Source: Phyllosticta citribraziliensis (Eukaryota). From it: a DNA stretch of 64,000 nucleotides. The position numbers and the translations under genes were made by a program. The stretch's first letter is position 1; each line of letters begins with the position of its first letter. The notes under the pieces were generated by a model that saw nothing but the letters and a program-made list of their open reading frames with translations, made no database searches and was not told the DNA's origin. Of this stretch, positions 24,966-38,253 are shown in pieces. Location: the NCBI RefSeq assembly GCF_038025025.1, contig NW_027117342.1:1612001-1676000 (forward strand), in the 5' to 3' direction.

Positions 24966-26628
24966 ACCGAGAACACTCGGACGACTGTTTTAACTGAGCA
25001 AGTATCAAGTCAATTGTGCTTCCTCGGCTCTGTCATCCTCAGAACCTACTACTATGTGCTCGTCACGAAAAGCTCATTCAGACTTGTCCCGCTTCGCGAC
25101 CTCCTCCATCAAACGCATCATGATCAAGCAATCCAACGCGCGCGCCCCAGACACAGCACGCGCTCGCGAGCCCCGAATCCTGACAGCCCGCTCACCAGAA
25201 CCGCTCAGTCAAGCCGTCATGCATCGTCCAATCCGTCACAACTCACATGCCCCTGACAGCAGCGCAGCGACCCCCTTGCCTCGCCTTTCGCCTTGTCCGG
25301 TACTGTCTCACCACCCACACCACGACCAGACGTTGTACACGGCCAACAAGGAAGCCAGTCGAGTAGTCGATCAAAGCCTTCTCCAGTCAAACAGGATGCA
25401 TTGGTCTGGTCGGGCGGAAGCAGCTCTGAATGCAAAACCCCACGGACCTCTCTCAAAAGTCAGTAGCAGCACTTCAACGCCTCGCCTCCGCCACTCGAGC
25501 TTGCCCGCGTGCCCGGAGAATACAGCTGGCCCCTTGCATGCCCGTCGCGCTCACCACCACCAAACCCATCACCACCATCCCGGCAACTCCTTGCCGAACG
25601 TGCGCGCGTGCAAAGGAGCGCGTGGGTGCGACCCACCATCTACATACATCCATACATAAGGCAGCTGCGGCGAGGCCGATGCTTCACACACGCACGCGTG
25701 CACAAACTCAATCTCTTTGATCTCATTTCCCGTTCTCTGCCCTCCGGACCTGTCCTCGTGCTGCCACACCACTGCTGCGTGGTCGGCTGCCGGGCGTGCC
25801 TGGCATGAGGTTTGAGCCGCCGATTGGCTGGTGTCCTTGACGGTTTGATGGTGGTGCGGGAGATGTGTGGGCGTGGGAAATTGACGGGCAGGTGGAAGGA
25901 AGGACTGGGGAGGCGAGGAATGGAAGGGAGTAGGGTGGAATGGAAGCAGCGAGGGAACTACATAGAATGCGGAAGGCGCGTGTGAGTGGCGTGGAACAGT
26001 CGTTTCTTGGGTGTGATGGAGGGCAACGAAATGTTTTTGCAGAGTTTGGCATGTACTTATGCAGCAGTGCTGTGCAAGCGTCTTGCTCGCAGCTGTTGGT
26101 GGTCTATGAACTCGAGGGTTTGAAGCTGCCATTCTGGTCGTCACTGCATCAAGTTGTCCAAGGACAGCAGCATACGTAACATCTTGGAGCTGTAGAATCC
26201 TCCGCAGGTGCACCAAAGCCATCTTCTCCAGTTTGACGTGTCCTTCATTCCAGGGTCTGCATGACACCTGCCCCATCCACTTCCGATTGAAATCCACCAA
26301 AGCACCAGACCAATCCAGCTGCACCTGCAGAACCGTGAGAGGGAGTACCCAAAGTGGATCAAGACCCATCCAACCACGCAAGCGCCATGCCATGCAACCA
26401 AAGAGAAAACCGGGGTATCGAACGCCACTTCCATGCCGACAAGGAGAACTGCGACCACCACTGCAACGGCCGTGAAGAAACGCCGCGCCATGCCACGCAC
26501 GCATGCACACATGGACTGAAGCGGCAACGGCGTGTCTTGCATCTTCCAATCAACGTCACCAATGCCATACGGTCGTTTTCGTCGTCCAAGAAAGAAATGG
26601 CGGACGAGCGACAGCTGGTCCCCCTGGA

Positions 26629-27720
26629 TCACTCAATCTGGCCGACACCACTCACAAAGACCAGGTCCTCGTCGTCAGAGTCGTCGTGCTGGTCCAAGTG
26701 AGACTCTGTCTCGGGATAATGTTTGAAGAGTGGCAGCGCCGACTTTGGCTTATCAGTGTCGGTTTTGACGCCCGTGTCTTCCCCATCGCTTGCGAGGATC
26801 TGGACCGCGTCCTCTGTCTCGTGAAGATAGGAGTCATCCAATTCCTCCCATTGCTCGCTGCGCGGGGTGCTGCTCGTGTGAGCCACGTTGATCATCTGCT
26901 TCGGAGGGGTCGAGGGCGTTGTGGTGACGGCTGTGGCTGAGTGCTTGGGGTTGTCGACGACGTTGAGCTCGTTGGCAACTTGGTTGGCTTGGACGCAGAC
27001 CGAGTCACTTCCCTGTCGACAGAGAAGCACATTAGCAGGCCAATGCTGCGGTTGTGAATGGGTTAATCATACCGGAACACGCTGGGAAACGGGCATCTTC
27101 TCAGTTCCAGCATCATCAAGAATGCCGCAGAAGCGTGCAACGGTGCCTCGCATCATGTGCATGAAGCTCATCAGGTGAAACTTGGACGTCTGCAAAGCGG
27201 CCTTGTCGAGCTCAAATGATTCGTACTTGCCCTGCGAGCGGTCGTGGATCGCCTTCAAGCTGGCATGAGCCGACTTGATCGTATTCTGACACTTCAAGCC
27301 GAGAGCAACGGTATCATCATCGAGCTCCACCATCGCGCCCTTGAACTCCTCGCGGCGGCCTCGCAATGCTTGTTCACCATTCTTCACGCCAACAATCTCC
27401 CAAGGGCCCTCTTGTTTCAGGTACTCGCGGTCGTCGGCATCCAAAGCATCGTCGAATTGGTCATCTTGAACTTGATCTAGCTGCCTGAGTAGAGTGCGAT
27501 TCTTTAGAAAAGCGGTGAGCTGCCTTCTGCGGCGACGATGAGTGGCGGCAATCTGTTCCACATCTTCCTCTGTGAAGCTGGTCTTGAGTGCAGACAGTGC
27601 GCGTTGGATTGAGGGTTGTCTCAGAGCTTGTCGATGGATGGCCTCTGGACTGGGTGTGCCACACGGCGAGTCGACAAAGGGATCGTCCAGGTCTTGGACA
27701 GAGACAAATTGCGACGGCAT
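26629..27720 (-). CDS. Hypothetical protein, ~343 aa (exons 27720-27073, 27012-26629)
   Basis: Two ORFs are joined in frame by a GTATGA..GCTAAT..CAG intron at 27072-27013. The N-terminal half looks helical and the C-terminal half acidic and disordered. Confidence 0.7.
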
Positions 27721-28789
27721 GGTCGAGCAAGGTTTGAAGGTGGAAGGGAAGAGATGTGGTGGCGGCGCGGAAGATTTGTTGTTGACATTTTGCCTCGCCG
27801 ACTTTTGATGGTGGTGTGGGCATCTGAGAGGGAAGGTGCGGTGCGTTTAGTTCCATAGGCAGGCACGCGACAAACGTCCGAACAATACATCTCCTGCTAT
27901 TTTTGAAATTTGTCCTCGCCGCCATGGGTTTCTTCAGCTGGACTCAAGGACATGGCTCATTTCCAGCCATGCCCGCCACAACCCTGCAACTTATGTTGGG
28001 CATCTCCAACCGCTTGAAAGGTTGCTGACAGTCCAGCAAACTTGCAGCAGATGCATGAGAGGCAATGGCCGGACGAATGGAGGACAAGTCCAGAATGAGC
28101 ATGACTCGTAACATTACCGCGCTCGACAAAAGCAATGACGTCCAATCTCACAGCAGAAAAGAAAGTAACAACCAATTTGAAGATGTAATTTTTCAAATGA
28201 CTAGACTGCCCAGAAGCAGAAGCGATTTTCGAGCATTCATGATTGACGGAAAACACGAGGAAGCAAACGTGGTGTCAATTGAGCTAGCGCAGGATGGTGC
28301 CGCATGTGGGTACAGCGACGATAATCTTTGACCGCGTTGGAGTCGGAGGGGTGCGTCATGCTGGCCCCCCGATGTCCGAAGATGGGCAAGAGGTGGTGGC
28401 GTGTTGCGTCAAGCCGTCTTTGAGCCATCTACTCCTACCAGGCCTGTGCGGATGGCAAAACAAACTCGACGCTTGCGGAGAAGGCGCAGGACGAGCAAAT
28501 GTGTAGACGGGACTGGAGCGAGACGGTCTTTGACAAGCAGGGGAGCATGAGGGCCGTCATTATATTCCTAGCAGTCTCGATGGGCGTGCACCTGGTTGCG
28601 GGGCTGGCCCACTGACTCGATGTTTGTGGGCCGTGGCAGCGTGGGAGCGGGCGATCAGCCGGTGTCGGCGCACTGACTGCGATGGAATTGGCTAGTGAGC
28701 GTTGAGGACGAGGATACGGGCGGATGGCGACGAAGGATGAGCAACGGGGAGGGAGGAGGCGTCGGGGAGTTGTTGTTGATGATGGAGAG

Positions 28790-28851
28790 AGACGAAGACG
28801 AAGGCGAAGAAGAAGAGGAAGAGGAAGAAGAAGAAGAAGAACAAGAAGAAG
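28790..28851 (+). repeat. Imperfect (GAA/GAG)n purine tract
   Basis: Read directly from the sequence. Confidence 0.85.
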
Positions 28852-29124
28852 CAGGGACGGGCAGCCACGTGTGAGGGCAGACGCCCCTGGTCGATGCAAG
28901 CTGTGTACTGTACTGTACTGTACCTCCTCCTAGTCCAGGCCCCGCTGGCCTCTCCCTGCCACCCACCCAAAACACCATCCACGGCACCCTCCACTCTTCG
29001 TCGTCAAAACCACGCCCACGCGCCGCTCCCTTGCCGTCGTGTGAAACTCGATACGCACGGCCGCCCCAAAACGGTTCCCTTCACTGAGTCTCCAGTTCTT
29101 CGTCAACACGCACGCTCCACCTGG

Positions 29125-29159
29125 TCCTGTCCTGTCCTGTCCTGTCCTGTCCTGTCCTG
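29125..29159 (+). repeat. (TCCTG)7 microsatellite
   Basis: Read directly from the sequence. Confidence 0.95.
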
Positions 29160-29390
29160 ACCTGGCCTCCGTCCGCCGCCTTACAACCTCGACTACGCCC
29201 ACGGTCCGACTTCTTGTTTCGTTTTCCACCTGCCATATCCCAGCAAACATGCCCACCTCGATTGAGTCTTCCAGGCCAATGCTGAACGTAACTTGACCCA
29301 CCTCCCTCTGCACCCACTCACTACTTATCATCGCCCTCCTCCCTCTCCACTCCCGTCACTTCCGCATCTCTCATCGCTGACACGACCGCC

Positions 29391-29753
29391 ATGCCAAAGC
29401 AATCCGGAACCCCAAACAACCGCAACTCGGCGCGCCTGTCGACCTACTCCAACGCTCCAACCCTCACTCCCTCCATCGCTCCCTCCACCACCTCGTCCAT
29501 TGACCCTCGTTCCGCCGACATCAAAGCCTGGAACGCTGGACTGGACCGTCTCGAGGACAAGCGTCTCCAACAACAGCGCTATGTCGTCTCCCCCGAGAAG
29601 ACCGACTGCATGAGCAAGCTCGCACTGGGCGCCAAGCTGGATCGCGCCCTCGCCCGCCGCTTGAGCGAGCAGGACGCCGTCTTCAGACACCGTCCGAGAG
29701 GCAGCAGCGTCGGCGAGAAGAGTGGGAGCGGAAGCGAAAAGGAAGACTCTTAG
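29391..29753 (+). CDS. Small conserved-looking fungal protein (120 aa)
   Basis: CCGCCATG start context and C-ending codon bias. The segment DKRLQQQRYV..MSKLALGAKLDRALARRLSEQDAVFR resembles small Pezizomycotina hypothetical proteins I recall. Confidence 0.75.
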   Translation: MPKQSGTPNNRNSARLSTYSNAPTLTPSIAPSTTSSIDPRSADIKAWNAGLDRLEDKRLQQQRYVVSPEKTDCMSKLALGAKLDRALARRLSEQDAVFRHRPRGSSVGEKSGSGSEKEDS

Positions 29754-32700
29754 ACGTTGCCCCACACCAACCACGGCAACACCCCTACCTCCTAATACCT
29801 GTGCTCCTGCACCGAGCACCAAGACGGCGTCTTCGGAATGACACGATAGACCGGCACGGTCCAAACATTATGGGATACTCTACGCACGGGGGACGGATCT
29901 GGCTGCGGGGCGCATGGGCAGCAACCTGTTTTTCTTGATTGTCCGTGTAGGCATGCTGCTTCATTTGTTCATTTGCGGGCTGCGGAGGATTTTTCTTTTT
30001 TTCTGTCTCAACTTTTCATCTTTCCAGCGCCAGGGCCCCGACAGGTGCGCTGGCTGGCTACTGCGGCGGATCCGATACCACGCCAAAGACTTATGTTGTC
30101 TCTTTCTCACGCCTGCCATTTGGGCCTCGGAGGTATGTGGTATTAGGGTAAACAAAATCCGAAAAAGCCCACATCAGGCTGAAGTGCTTCTCCGAGCAGA
30201 TGCAGCCCAAGATCAAAATGACGAGGAGCCGAGATTCTCCTTTCTCACAAATGCCAACGTCTACTGTGAAGCGGGGCACTGATTGATCGAGTAGAGCAGC
30301 GTCTCACGCCACCCTGAGAAACCCCTTGTCCCTGTCCGCCTGTCTGTCACTGCCAGGAAACCTTTTCCAGGGCGGGCCCGGCACACACTGATTGAATCAT
30401 GGGCCATCTTTCGGCACACCACTCTAACTTTGGCGCAAGCGCAACGAGCGCGACCGGATTTGGCGGGCTGGGCTGGGCTGGGCCAGACGGAATTTCAGTC
30501 CCAAGGTACAGTGTGCGGCCGATGCCCATGTGCCATACCATGTGTCGCTGGGCCATGCTGCTCTCATCGGCGGCGGCGGCGGCGCCTGCCTATCTCTGTA
30601 CCAACAAACGTGGCACACCGCAGCGCAGCGCAGCGATGCGGCAGAGGGGGACAAGTCCAGGGATCATAACCATTCGTTATTGGGCGACCAACAGCCGACC
30701 GGCCTCCTCGTCACGAACGAACCAAGTGCATGTGCGGGTCCCGGCCGGCCCACGTCGGCCACGTGCAGCAGGGCCGCCTGGACTGGGGCACCCTTGATAC
30801 ACGCACGCGAGAGTGATGGGATGAGGAACATGGCCCTCGCGGAGACATGATAATGTAAGCGACAAGAACTGGCAGATGTGTGTTGCTGCATGCATTCGTC
30901 TTTGGCCCCAGCCGTCCATCGCGTGGGTTGGTCTCCTACTGGACGTGCGCTGCATACAGGCACATTGAATATGTATATATGCTTTGCAGGATACATACAG
31001 TACGTTCATTGCCTTCGGCTCGCTCGCTCGCTCGACCAATCACGCGTGGCCGTGCACCGTGTGCATGCTAAATGTTCTCGCTGCACCCACTACACAGAGT
31101 TGCTGCAGTAATAAGCACGCTGATCGCACGCTCGCAGCCATAGGTTGTGCTGAACAATAGTCATGAACAAGTTGGCCACCACAACGCGGGACGGGACGGG
31201 TACCTACGGGCACTGGAGCAAGGGTATGGCCGTGATGGGCTCCGACGTCTCTGTCCCTTTCTCTCTCAAATGCTGCCTATGCGAGGCCGACTGCTTCGGT
31301 CCCTTGGTACCCGACCGACTGACTAACTTTCCCCTGGGATTTCTTCCTATCTCTCCCCGACTGTTACTTGCTGACTCTGATGCTGACACGCTAAGCGCGT
31401 CCCTTTTCGCGGGCGTGCGGGCTGTGTAGCCTGAGATGTGCAACACCAGCCTCTCCGGACGCACGCGCGCGCAGCCAACATGGAGCCAGCTTCCCTGCTT
31501 GGCCATCTGCTGCCATTACGCAATGGTTGTCGACCTGCCGTTGCGCAGTGCCCGCGCCCGCCCGCCGTCATCAGGAAATGCACCTAGACGCCCCGGGCAA
31601 AAGAGCAATTTATGGGGGTTTGACAGCGTTTTGAAACGACGCCTGTAAAACAGACGCGCGCGAAAAAGAGCAACGATACAGGGAAACCTCTTCACTCTGT
31701 CGAAGAGACCATAGACAAGCTGGGTACGCTAGACCGCGGCCAAGCAAACTGCCAAGCGTACGAGGCAAAAATACATCGAGACAAGCATTATTGCACGTGG
31801 GCGTCATACCGCGGCTCGGCAGTCGACGGTAAGTTAGGTATGGATGTGTGGAGATGGCTTGGTTTGGGTGAGAAGGCGGACGGGGTAACGACATCCTCTC
31901 CCATCGCACTTTTCCATGTCGACTGTTTTGGGAAGGCGTCGTGACTCGCCTCATGGGTGGGATGCATCATTGTCGACTGTGGAGAAGCACTTGCACATTC
32001 GTTTCTCTTCTGCTCCAGCTACTGTCTCCAGTCTTCCACGCTCCTCGCAAACCACCTCCGTCTTCTCCGTGCTGCGCAAATGCGCAACCACAACTCCTTG
32101 TGGATAGCCACGTCAAACAACATCTCCACCATCGACTCTCAACCAAAAGACTCCACGCTCCATCAAACGAAAACCAAGCGGGGAGCGCGGGACGTCGTCG
32201 ACGCGAGCAACAGACACTCACCTCGTCTCGACGACGAGCGGCAAATTTTGGATCTGAGATAATCTCAACTCTATCACGAATGCCATGCGGCAATTGCCAA
32301 CCTTGAGTGTGCCATGCACCGTACCCGCCGCAGCGGATGGGCCTCGCCACCTCGCCCCGCGCGCTGCGGCAATCAACCTGTCTTGCGTACTGCGTTTGCG
32401 TGCTCGACTTGCTGAGGGTCTGACGCCCTTCGGGTCCGGTTTCCCGTGCGGGCTGTTTTGACTGCCATGGTCACCGCGCTCACTGACAGACAGCGATGGC
32501 TCAGTACGGATTCAGGAAAACAACAGAGCACCGGGTTCATCTGGAGACGTCAAGACTCTCGCGCCTGTCCATGCTTCGATCTCTTTTTGGCTGGCTTGTC
32601 TTCTCAAGTATCCCATCTTACACCTGCCTCCAGAAACCCGGTCGTAGAGCCTTTGTCAAACCATCAAAAGCAACAACCCATATCTGTTCCATCCGAGTTT

Positions 32701-32805
32701 AGAATGACACATCTTGCTTGACCGTCCGCGCCTGGTCCGCTCCGGCTCCGCTCCGCAACGTCACACGACGCCACGCTCTTCCTTCTGGTACGATATCATT
32801 GTGCG

Positions 32806-33270
32806 ATGGCTCATGTAGTCTTTGAGAAGCATTCTTCAAATACCGCTGACATGCCCAAGGAGTATTCTTTCGCAACCAAAGCTGCACGTGGGGAGCATTC
32901 ATCAGTGTCATCCATGATGAGTATATGTGGGGAGCGTTCCTACACCACTACGGCTGCACATAGGGAGCATTCATTCAGAACCACAGCCAAACGCAGGGAG
33001 CGTTCGCTCACTACCCCGGCGTAGCGTATGGAGCATTCATCCTGGAATACAGCTGCGCGTAGGAAGCATTCGTTCCGGACAACAGCTGCACGTAGGGAGC
33101 ATTCGTTCAACACCACAGCCCTACGCCAGGACCGTTCGTTCCCTATCCTGGCTTGGCGTACGGAGCATTCGTCGTGGGCCTCAGCTGCGTGTATGGAGCA
33201 TTCATTTCCGACAACAGCTACACATAGCGCGGTGTCAATGGCAATGGCGACTCCCTGCGTTCACCAATAG
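32806..33270 (+). pseudogene. Possible interrupted 11-aa repeat ORF (EHSFxTTAxRR), single internal TAG at 33022-33024
   Basis: ORFs 32806-33024 and 33028-33270 are in the same frame. The paralogous unit has TGG where this unit has TAG. Confidence 0.35.
32826..33227. repeat. Diverged tandem array: 12 units of 33 bp (one of 39 bp), core GGAGCATTC
   Basis: Units start at 32826, 32859, 32892, 32931, 32964, 32997, 33030, 33063, 33096, 33129, 33162 and 33195. Confidence 0.92.
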
Positions 33271-36130
33271 TGCTGAAAGGCAACAAGGTCTGATCATATG
33301 GCACGGCGCATGTCAACAGCAATGACAACTCCGTGCATTGAACGGTGGTGTTGAACAAATGTCCCTACGTGTACCGTAGCTGTCCTCCGGAACGAATCCC
33401 CCTAATCCCCACTACGCTCTCCGACCTCGCCTCCGCCCAGTCATGGCCCAAACACCATGAGCCCGTTGTACGAATGTGTGACTCAGCCCATCTGCCGCCG
33501 CTACCTGCTTTCACATGGCAGCACCGTGCTTGCGCAGGCAGTATTAGGATCCGCAATGTCCACTGCTTCTTGCTTCCCTCAAGATCAAGCTTTTCAACCC
33601 ACTGTGGCGGGTGGAGTGGGGATATCGGATGGAGCCGATGTCCGTACTGTCTTCTTTCTGTTTGCTGTGGCGAGAGATGGTTGTTGGTTAGACGGGGAGA
33701 ACAGATAGAGCTCTCGCAAGAGAATCAGTGGTAAGAAATGCTGATGGAAAGCATTGATCATCAGTGCTGCCATTATATACCAATCCAAAATGAACACCAA
33801 TGTCAATTAAGCACCGCGGCTTGCAAGGCGCACATTCATAGAAAGTGTGCAAGCAAAGAGCCACCAATCCAATCTTCGCAATCACCCACAGGCACAGCAG
33901 TGCTGATGGCATGAGTGGCCGCTTTCCTTGCCCCTAGATGTTCCAGCCTTTGCGGCGCTCGTTGTGATTGCAGTGGAGGGACGGAGGAGGGTTTTAAACC
34001 CAGTCGCCCTCTCACGCTGACTCACGGCCCTCTCTAGGCATCACCACGCGCGCAGGCCACTTGCTGCCTGGAGGCGGCGCGTGAGCAAACCATCCACGCT
34101 GGCACGAGCATCCCCGTGAAAGTGTCCAAGCGTCGGAGTGGTATATGAGGCCAACTGGGGCGCCGCTAGTTTCTCTTGCCATCGACAGAGATTGAGCCGT
34201 GATTTCTTCACTACGACAGCATGAACTAACTCTTGGTCTGGGGCCGAAAGAGTAGGGGTATGTTTTGACTGCCCCGGTGTAGGAGGTTTTTTGGTCTCAG
34301 GGGTGGACGTTTTGGTGCCGTCCTATGGGTTGTTGCTTGTGCAAGGTCTGCTTGTTTTCAGCGTAACCTGGTGATGGGGTACTTCCGTTGAGATCAATGG
34401 TGGACGTCAGGATGGTGCATCCCGAGCGGCTGTGGAAGGTTCCGATGGACGTCTTTGGAAGAGAAAGTAGGATCGAAATCTAAACGAAGAGATCAGCGAA
34501 GACGCAATCCGCAACCTCCAAGACAGCCCAGAAGCGTGTACATCGGAGTCGCGCTGAAGCAATTGTTGCAAAGGCAGCCCGGGGTGTGGCTTACAGCGGC
34601 ACGTCGAATGTCCGTCCTTTAGTGCTGATTCTTGACGATTCTTGACGACTTCCATTTCACGTGGCCTGCAACTCAGCCCATCAGCCATGCTATCATCGTG
34701 ATCGAAGGCTGCAGGTTCGGAGAACGGGCAGACAAGTTGCCGCTGGGAAGCGGACTGGCGATAATAGGGGAGTCAAGCTGGCTGTCGTCTACAGCTGGAC
34801 TGACTGTCAGGAAAATTCTCTTGTCCAGGGCTGTCTGATTGAGCTGTGAGAGTGGGCAGGTGCAGAAGGGGGCATTGATGCGAAAAGGCTATTACTGGTG
34901 GCGGACACCTGAACCACGGAGAGCACCTGCGAGGAGAAAAGATATACGTTGTCCGCTCAGTCATCTCGCAATTACCATCAAAGTGCACCGACACAGGACA
35001 CCAAGAGGTTTTCAGGCCGGAGGCTTCATTGACACTAATTCATACCGTCTGCCATCCACAGCACCGTTCGTCCTGTACTCAACCACGGCGAGACATCGTC
35101 AGCATGCCCATCTTTTCCCGCTGGTTCGACAAAGCACCAAATCCAAACATCAACACATCAGACCACTACCCTTATTGGATCTCTTTTCTCCGCAGCTGTC
35201 GCAACGACTCTCGGCGGGCTGAAAACAAGAGACAGGCTCATCATGTTGTGTCACAAAACACATGCGACGAAAGGCGAACGCGCGCAACGCTCAGCGCAGA
35301 CTTACGTGCTCCACAGCCAGCGGGGTTGTTTCGCGACGTCTTGGTTGACGCGTTGCTCGGTGGAGAACCTGGAATGGCAACGGAGTGTTAGCCACGCAAT
35401 CAGACAGCGAGGTGTGGACGCAAAATTCGTGGAAAGGGCGTCTTGTCAGAAGGGAATTAGGGTTTGGTACGTAAACGCATGTGTCCGCAGCAAGGTTGCT
35501 CGGTAGGGGAATCGCGAATCATCATTGAGGCGCCGACGTCAAGATGAGCAGGAATTGGTGCAACGTACCTTGCTGTCGATTAGTGAGGTTTTCGGAATTT
35601 GACTGATGGTTGATGGTTTCTAGACTTTGCCGTGTTAGCCCGCATCCAACTAGTTTCTGAGTAAAGTTGGAAGGTATTTAAAATCAGACAGTGGTTAAAC
35701 GTCTCCGCCTTGAAGGTCTCGGAAAAAGCCTCTAGAGTGAACAATCATCATGCAAAAAGGTAACAGGAGTACAGAAGTGGAAAAGAGCGACATACCTTGG
35801 TGCATCTGCCAGAGGCAAAGCAAGTCCGTCAAGTGCTGATCAAGTGTTTGAACAAGGCACAAGGGGCTGAAATCGTAAACTTTTAGATTCATCTTCTTCC
35901 TCTCATCCAAGGAAGTCTTGGTACTAAGCTACGGCACTAAACCCAGAACCCAGCTCGCAAGCCTTGATCATCACGTCCCCCCATTACGCCAGTAAACTCT
36001 GATGCAGTAAAAGGTGAATGTGCTGCCCAATGCCTTGGTCGAAAAACAGAAAGAGAAGGGAAGAAAGGAAAACCATTATCAACCGTAACCCGTGAAAGTG
36101 GAATGATGAAGACTAGACAACGCGAATCGT

Positions 36131-38227
36131 TTAGTCGACCTCCTCCATGGCGGACTCGCCAGCGGCCTCTCCGGCGGGAGTCTCCTCAGCCTTCTCCTCG
36201 GCAGTCTCGACCTGCTCGTCGACGTTCAGGCCAAGGGAGACGAGCTTGTGGATGCGCTCGGCGAACTGGACGGGCTCCTCAATGGTGAAGCCGGAGACGA
36301 GCAGCGAGGTCTCGTAGAGCAGGTTGGTGATGCTCTTGACGGTACGGTCCTCCTCGCCGTCAGTCTCAACCTTCTTCTTGAGCTCCTTGATGATGGGGCT
36401 CTTGGGGGAGATTTCGAAAGTCTTCTTGGAGCTCATGTAGCTGGACATGGAGGTGTCACGGAGGGCCTGGGCCTTCATGATGCGCTCCATGTTGGCGGAC
36501 CAACCGAACTGGCCGGTACGGATGGCGCAAGGCGAGTCGACGAGCTTGTGGGAAACGGAAACCTTCTCGACCTTGTCGCCAAGGACGTTCTTGAGGGCCT
36601 TGGCAAGGTTCTCGTACTCCTTCTCCTCGGCCTCGCGGGCTGCCTTCTCCTCCTCGGTCTCCTCGAGCTCAAAGTCCTTGGTGATGTCGACGAGCTTCTT
36701 GCCCTCAAACTCCTTGAGCTGGGTCATGGCGTACTCGTCAATGGGGTCGACAAGGAAGAGGACCTCGAAGTTCTTGTTCTTGAGGGCGTCAAGGAAGGGC
36801 GACTTCTGGACGGCCTTGAGCGTCTCGCCGGTGATGTAGTACATCTGCTTCTGGTGCTCAGGCATGCGGGTGATGTAGTCTGCGAGCGAGGTGGTCTCCT
36901 CACCAGACTTGGTCGAGCTGAAGCGGAGGAGCTTGGCAAGAGACTGGCGGTTCTGGGCGTCCTCGTGGATACCGAGCTTGATGTTCTTGCTGAAGGCGCT
37001 GTAGAACTTGTCGAACTGCTCGCGGTCCTCGGCAATCTCGTTGAAGAGCTCGAGGGTCTTCTTAACAATGTTCTTGCGGATGACCTTCATGATCTTGTTC
37101 TGCTGAAGGGTCTCACGAGACAGGTTGAGGGGCAGGTCCTCAGAGTCGACGACACCCTTGACGAAGGAGAGCCACTCGGGAATGAGGTCGGTGGCGTCGT
37201 CGGTGATGAAGACACGGCGGACGTAGAGCTTGATGTTGTTCTTCGACTTCTTGGTCTCGAACAGGTCGAAGGGAGCGCGCTTGGGGACGAAGAGGATGGC
37301 GCGGAACTCGAGCTGACCCTCGACGGAGAAGTGCTTGACAGCGAGGTGGTCCTCCCAGTCGTTGGAGAGGGACTTGTAGAAGGACGCGTACTCCTCTTGA
37401 GAGATGTCCTGGGGGTTCCTCGTCCAGATGGGCTTGGTCTTGTTGAGCTCCTCCTCCTCAATCTTGGACTCCTTGACCGTCTTGGTCTTGTTCTTCTTCT
37501 CCTCCTCATCGTCGACCTCCTCGACCTTGGGCTTGTTGTCGTCTTCCTCGTCCTTCTTCTCCTCGGCCTCCTCATCGGGGACCTCCGTCTCGACCTCCTT
37601 GAGGACGTGGAGGTAGATGGGGTAGGAGATGAACTCGGAGTGCTTCTTGATGACCTCCTTGATCTTGCTCTCGTTCAAGTAGTCGAGCTGCTCCTCCTTG
37701 AGGTGGAGGATGATCTTGGTGCCACGGCCAATGTCCTCGCCCTCGGTGTCCTGGGAGATGGTGAAGGTACCGCCGGCACTCGACTCCCAGACGTACTGCT
37801 CGTCGTCGTTGTGCTTGGAGACGACGGTGACGCGGTCGGCAACGAGGTAGGCAGAGTAGAAACCAACACCGAACTGACCAATCATGGAGATGTCGGCGCC
37901 AGCGGACAGAGCCTCCATGAACTGCTTGGTACCCGAACGGGCAATCGTACCCAGGTTGTTGACGAGGTCGGCCTTGGTCATACCAATACCAGTGTCGCGG
38001 ATGGTAAGGGTCTTGTTCTCCTTGTTGGGGATGATGTCGATGCGGAGGTCCTTGCCCGAGTCGAGCTTGCTAGGGTCCGACAGGGCCTCGTAGCGGATCT
38101 TGTCAAGCGCATCGGAGCAGTTGGAGACCAATTCTCTCAGGAAGATCTCCTTGTTCGAGTAGACGGTGTTGATGATCAGGCCGAGAAGCTGAGAAATCTC
38201 AGCCTGGAACTCGAAGGTCTCACCCAT
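36131..38227 (-). CDS. HSP90: Heat shock protein 90 (cytosolic), 698 aa
   Basis: Contains [35 protein letters not shown] and the C-terminal MEEVD. Codon bias is extreme. The true start is MGETF at 38227. Confidence 0.99.
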   Translation of the reverse strand: MGETFEFQAEISQLLGLIINTVYSNKEIFLRELVSNCSDALDKIRYEALSDPSKLDSGKDLRIDIIPNKENKTLTIRDTGIGMTKADLVNNLGTIARSGTKQFMEALSAGADISMIGQFGVGFYSAYLVADRVTVVSKHNDDEQYVWESSAGGTFTISQDTEGEDIGRGTKIILHLKEEQLDYLNESKIKEVIKKHSEFISYPIYLHVLKEVETEVPDEEAEEKKDEEDDNKPKVEEVDDEEEKKNKTKTVKESKIEEEELNKTKPIWTRNPQDISQEEYASFYKSLSNDWEDHLAVKHFSVEGQLEFRAILFVPKRAPFDLFETKKSKNNIKLYVRRVFITDDATDLIPEWLSFVKGVVDSEDLPLNLSRETLQQNKIMKVIRKNIVKKTLELFNEIAEDREQFDKFYSAFSKNIKLGIHEDAQNRQSLAKLLRFSSTKSGEETTSLADYITRMPEHQKQMYYITGETLKAVQKSPFLDALKNKNFEVLFLVDPIDEYAMTQLKEFEGKKLVDITKDFELEETEEEKAAREAEEKEYENLAKALKNVLGDKVEKVSVSHKLVDSPCAIRTGQFGWSANMERIMKAQALRDTSMSSYMSSKKTFEISPKSPIIKELKKKVETDGEEDRTVKSITNLLYETSLLVSGFTIEEPVQFAERIHKLVSLGLNVDEQVETAEEKAEETPAGEAAGESAMEEVD

Positions 38228-38253
38228 GGTGTGCGAGGTGAAGGTTCGGAAAC

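Noticed and set aside
25054..26549. 201-aa and 326-aa ORFs between the CorA-like and 26629 genes
   Set aside because: Composition is rich in H/W/C/R like non-coding translation, with no domains or splice support.
32826..33227. CRISPR-like repeat-spacer array
   Set aside because: The context is eukaryotic with no cas genes. The conserved core is only ~9-13 nt and the variable parts are homologous to each other.
35456..35466. Telomerase RNA template or other ncRNA in the 30-36 kb gap
   Set aside because: Only TTAGGGTTT is present, not a 1.5-repeat TTAGGGTTA template. I recognised no snRNA, RNase P/MRP, SRP or TPP-riboswitch motifs by eye; an Infernal/Rfam scan would be decisive.
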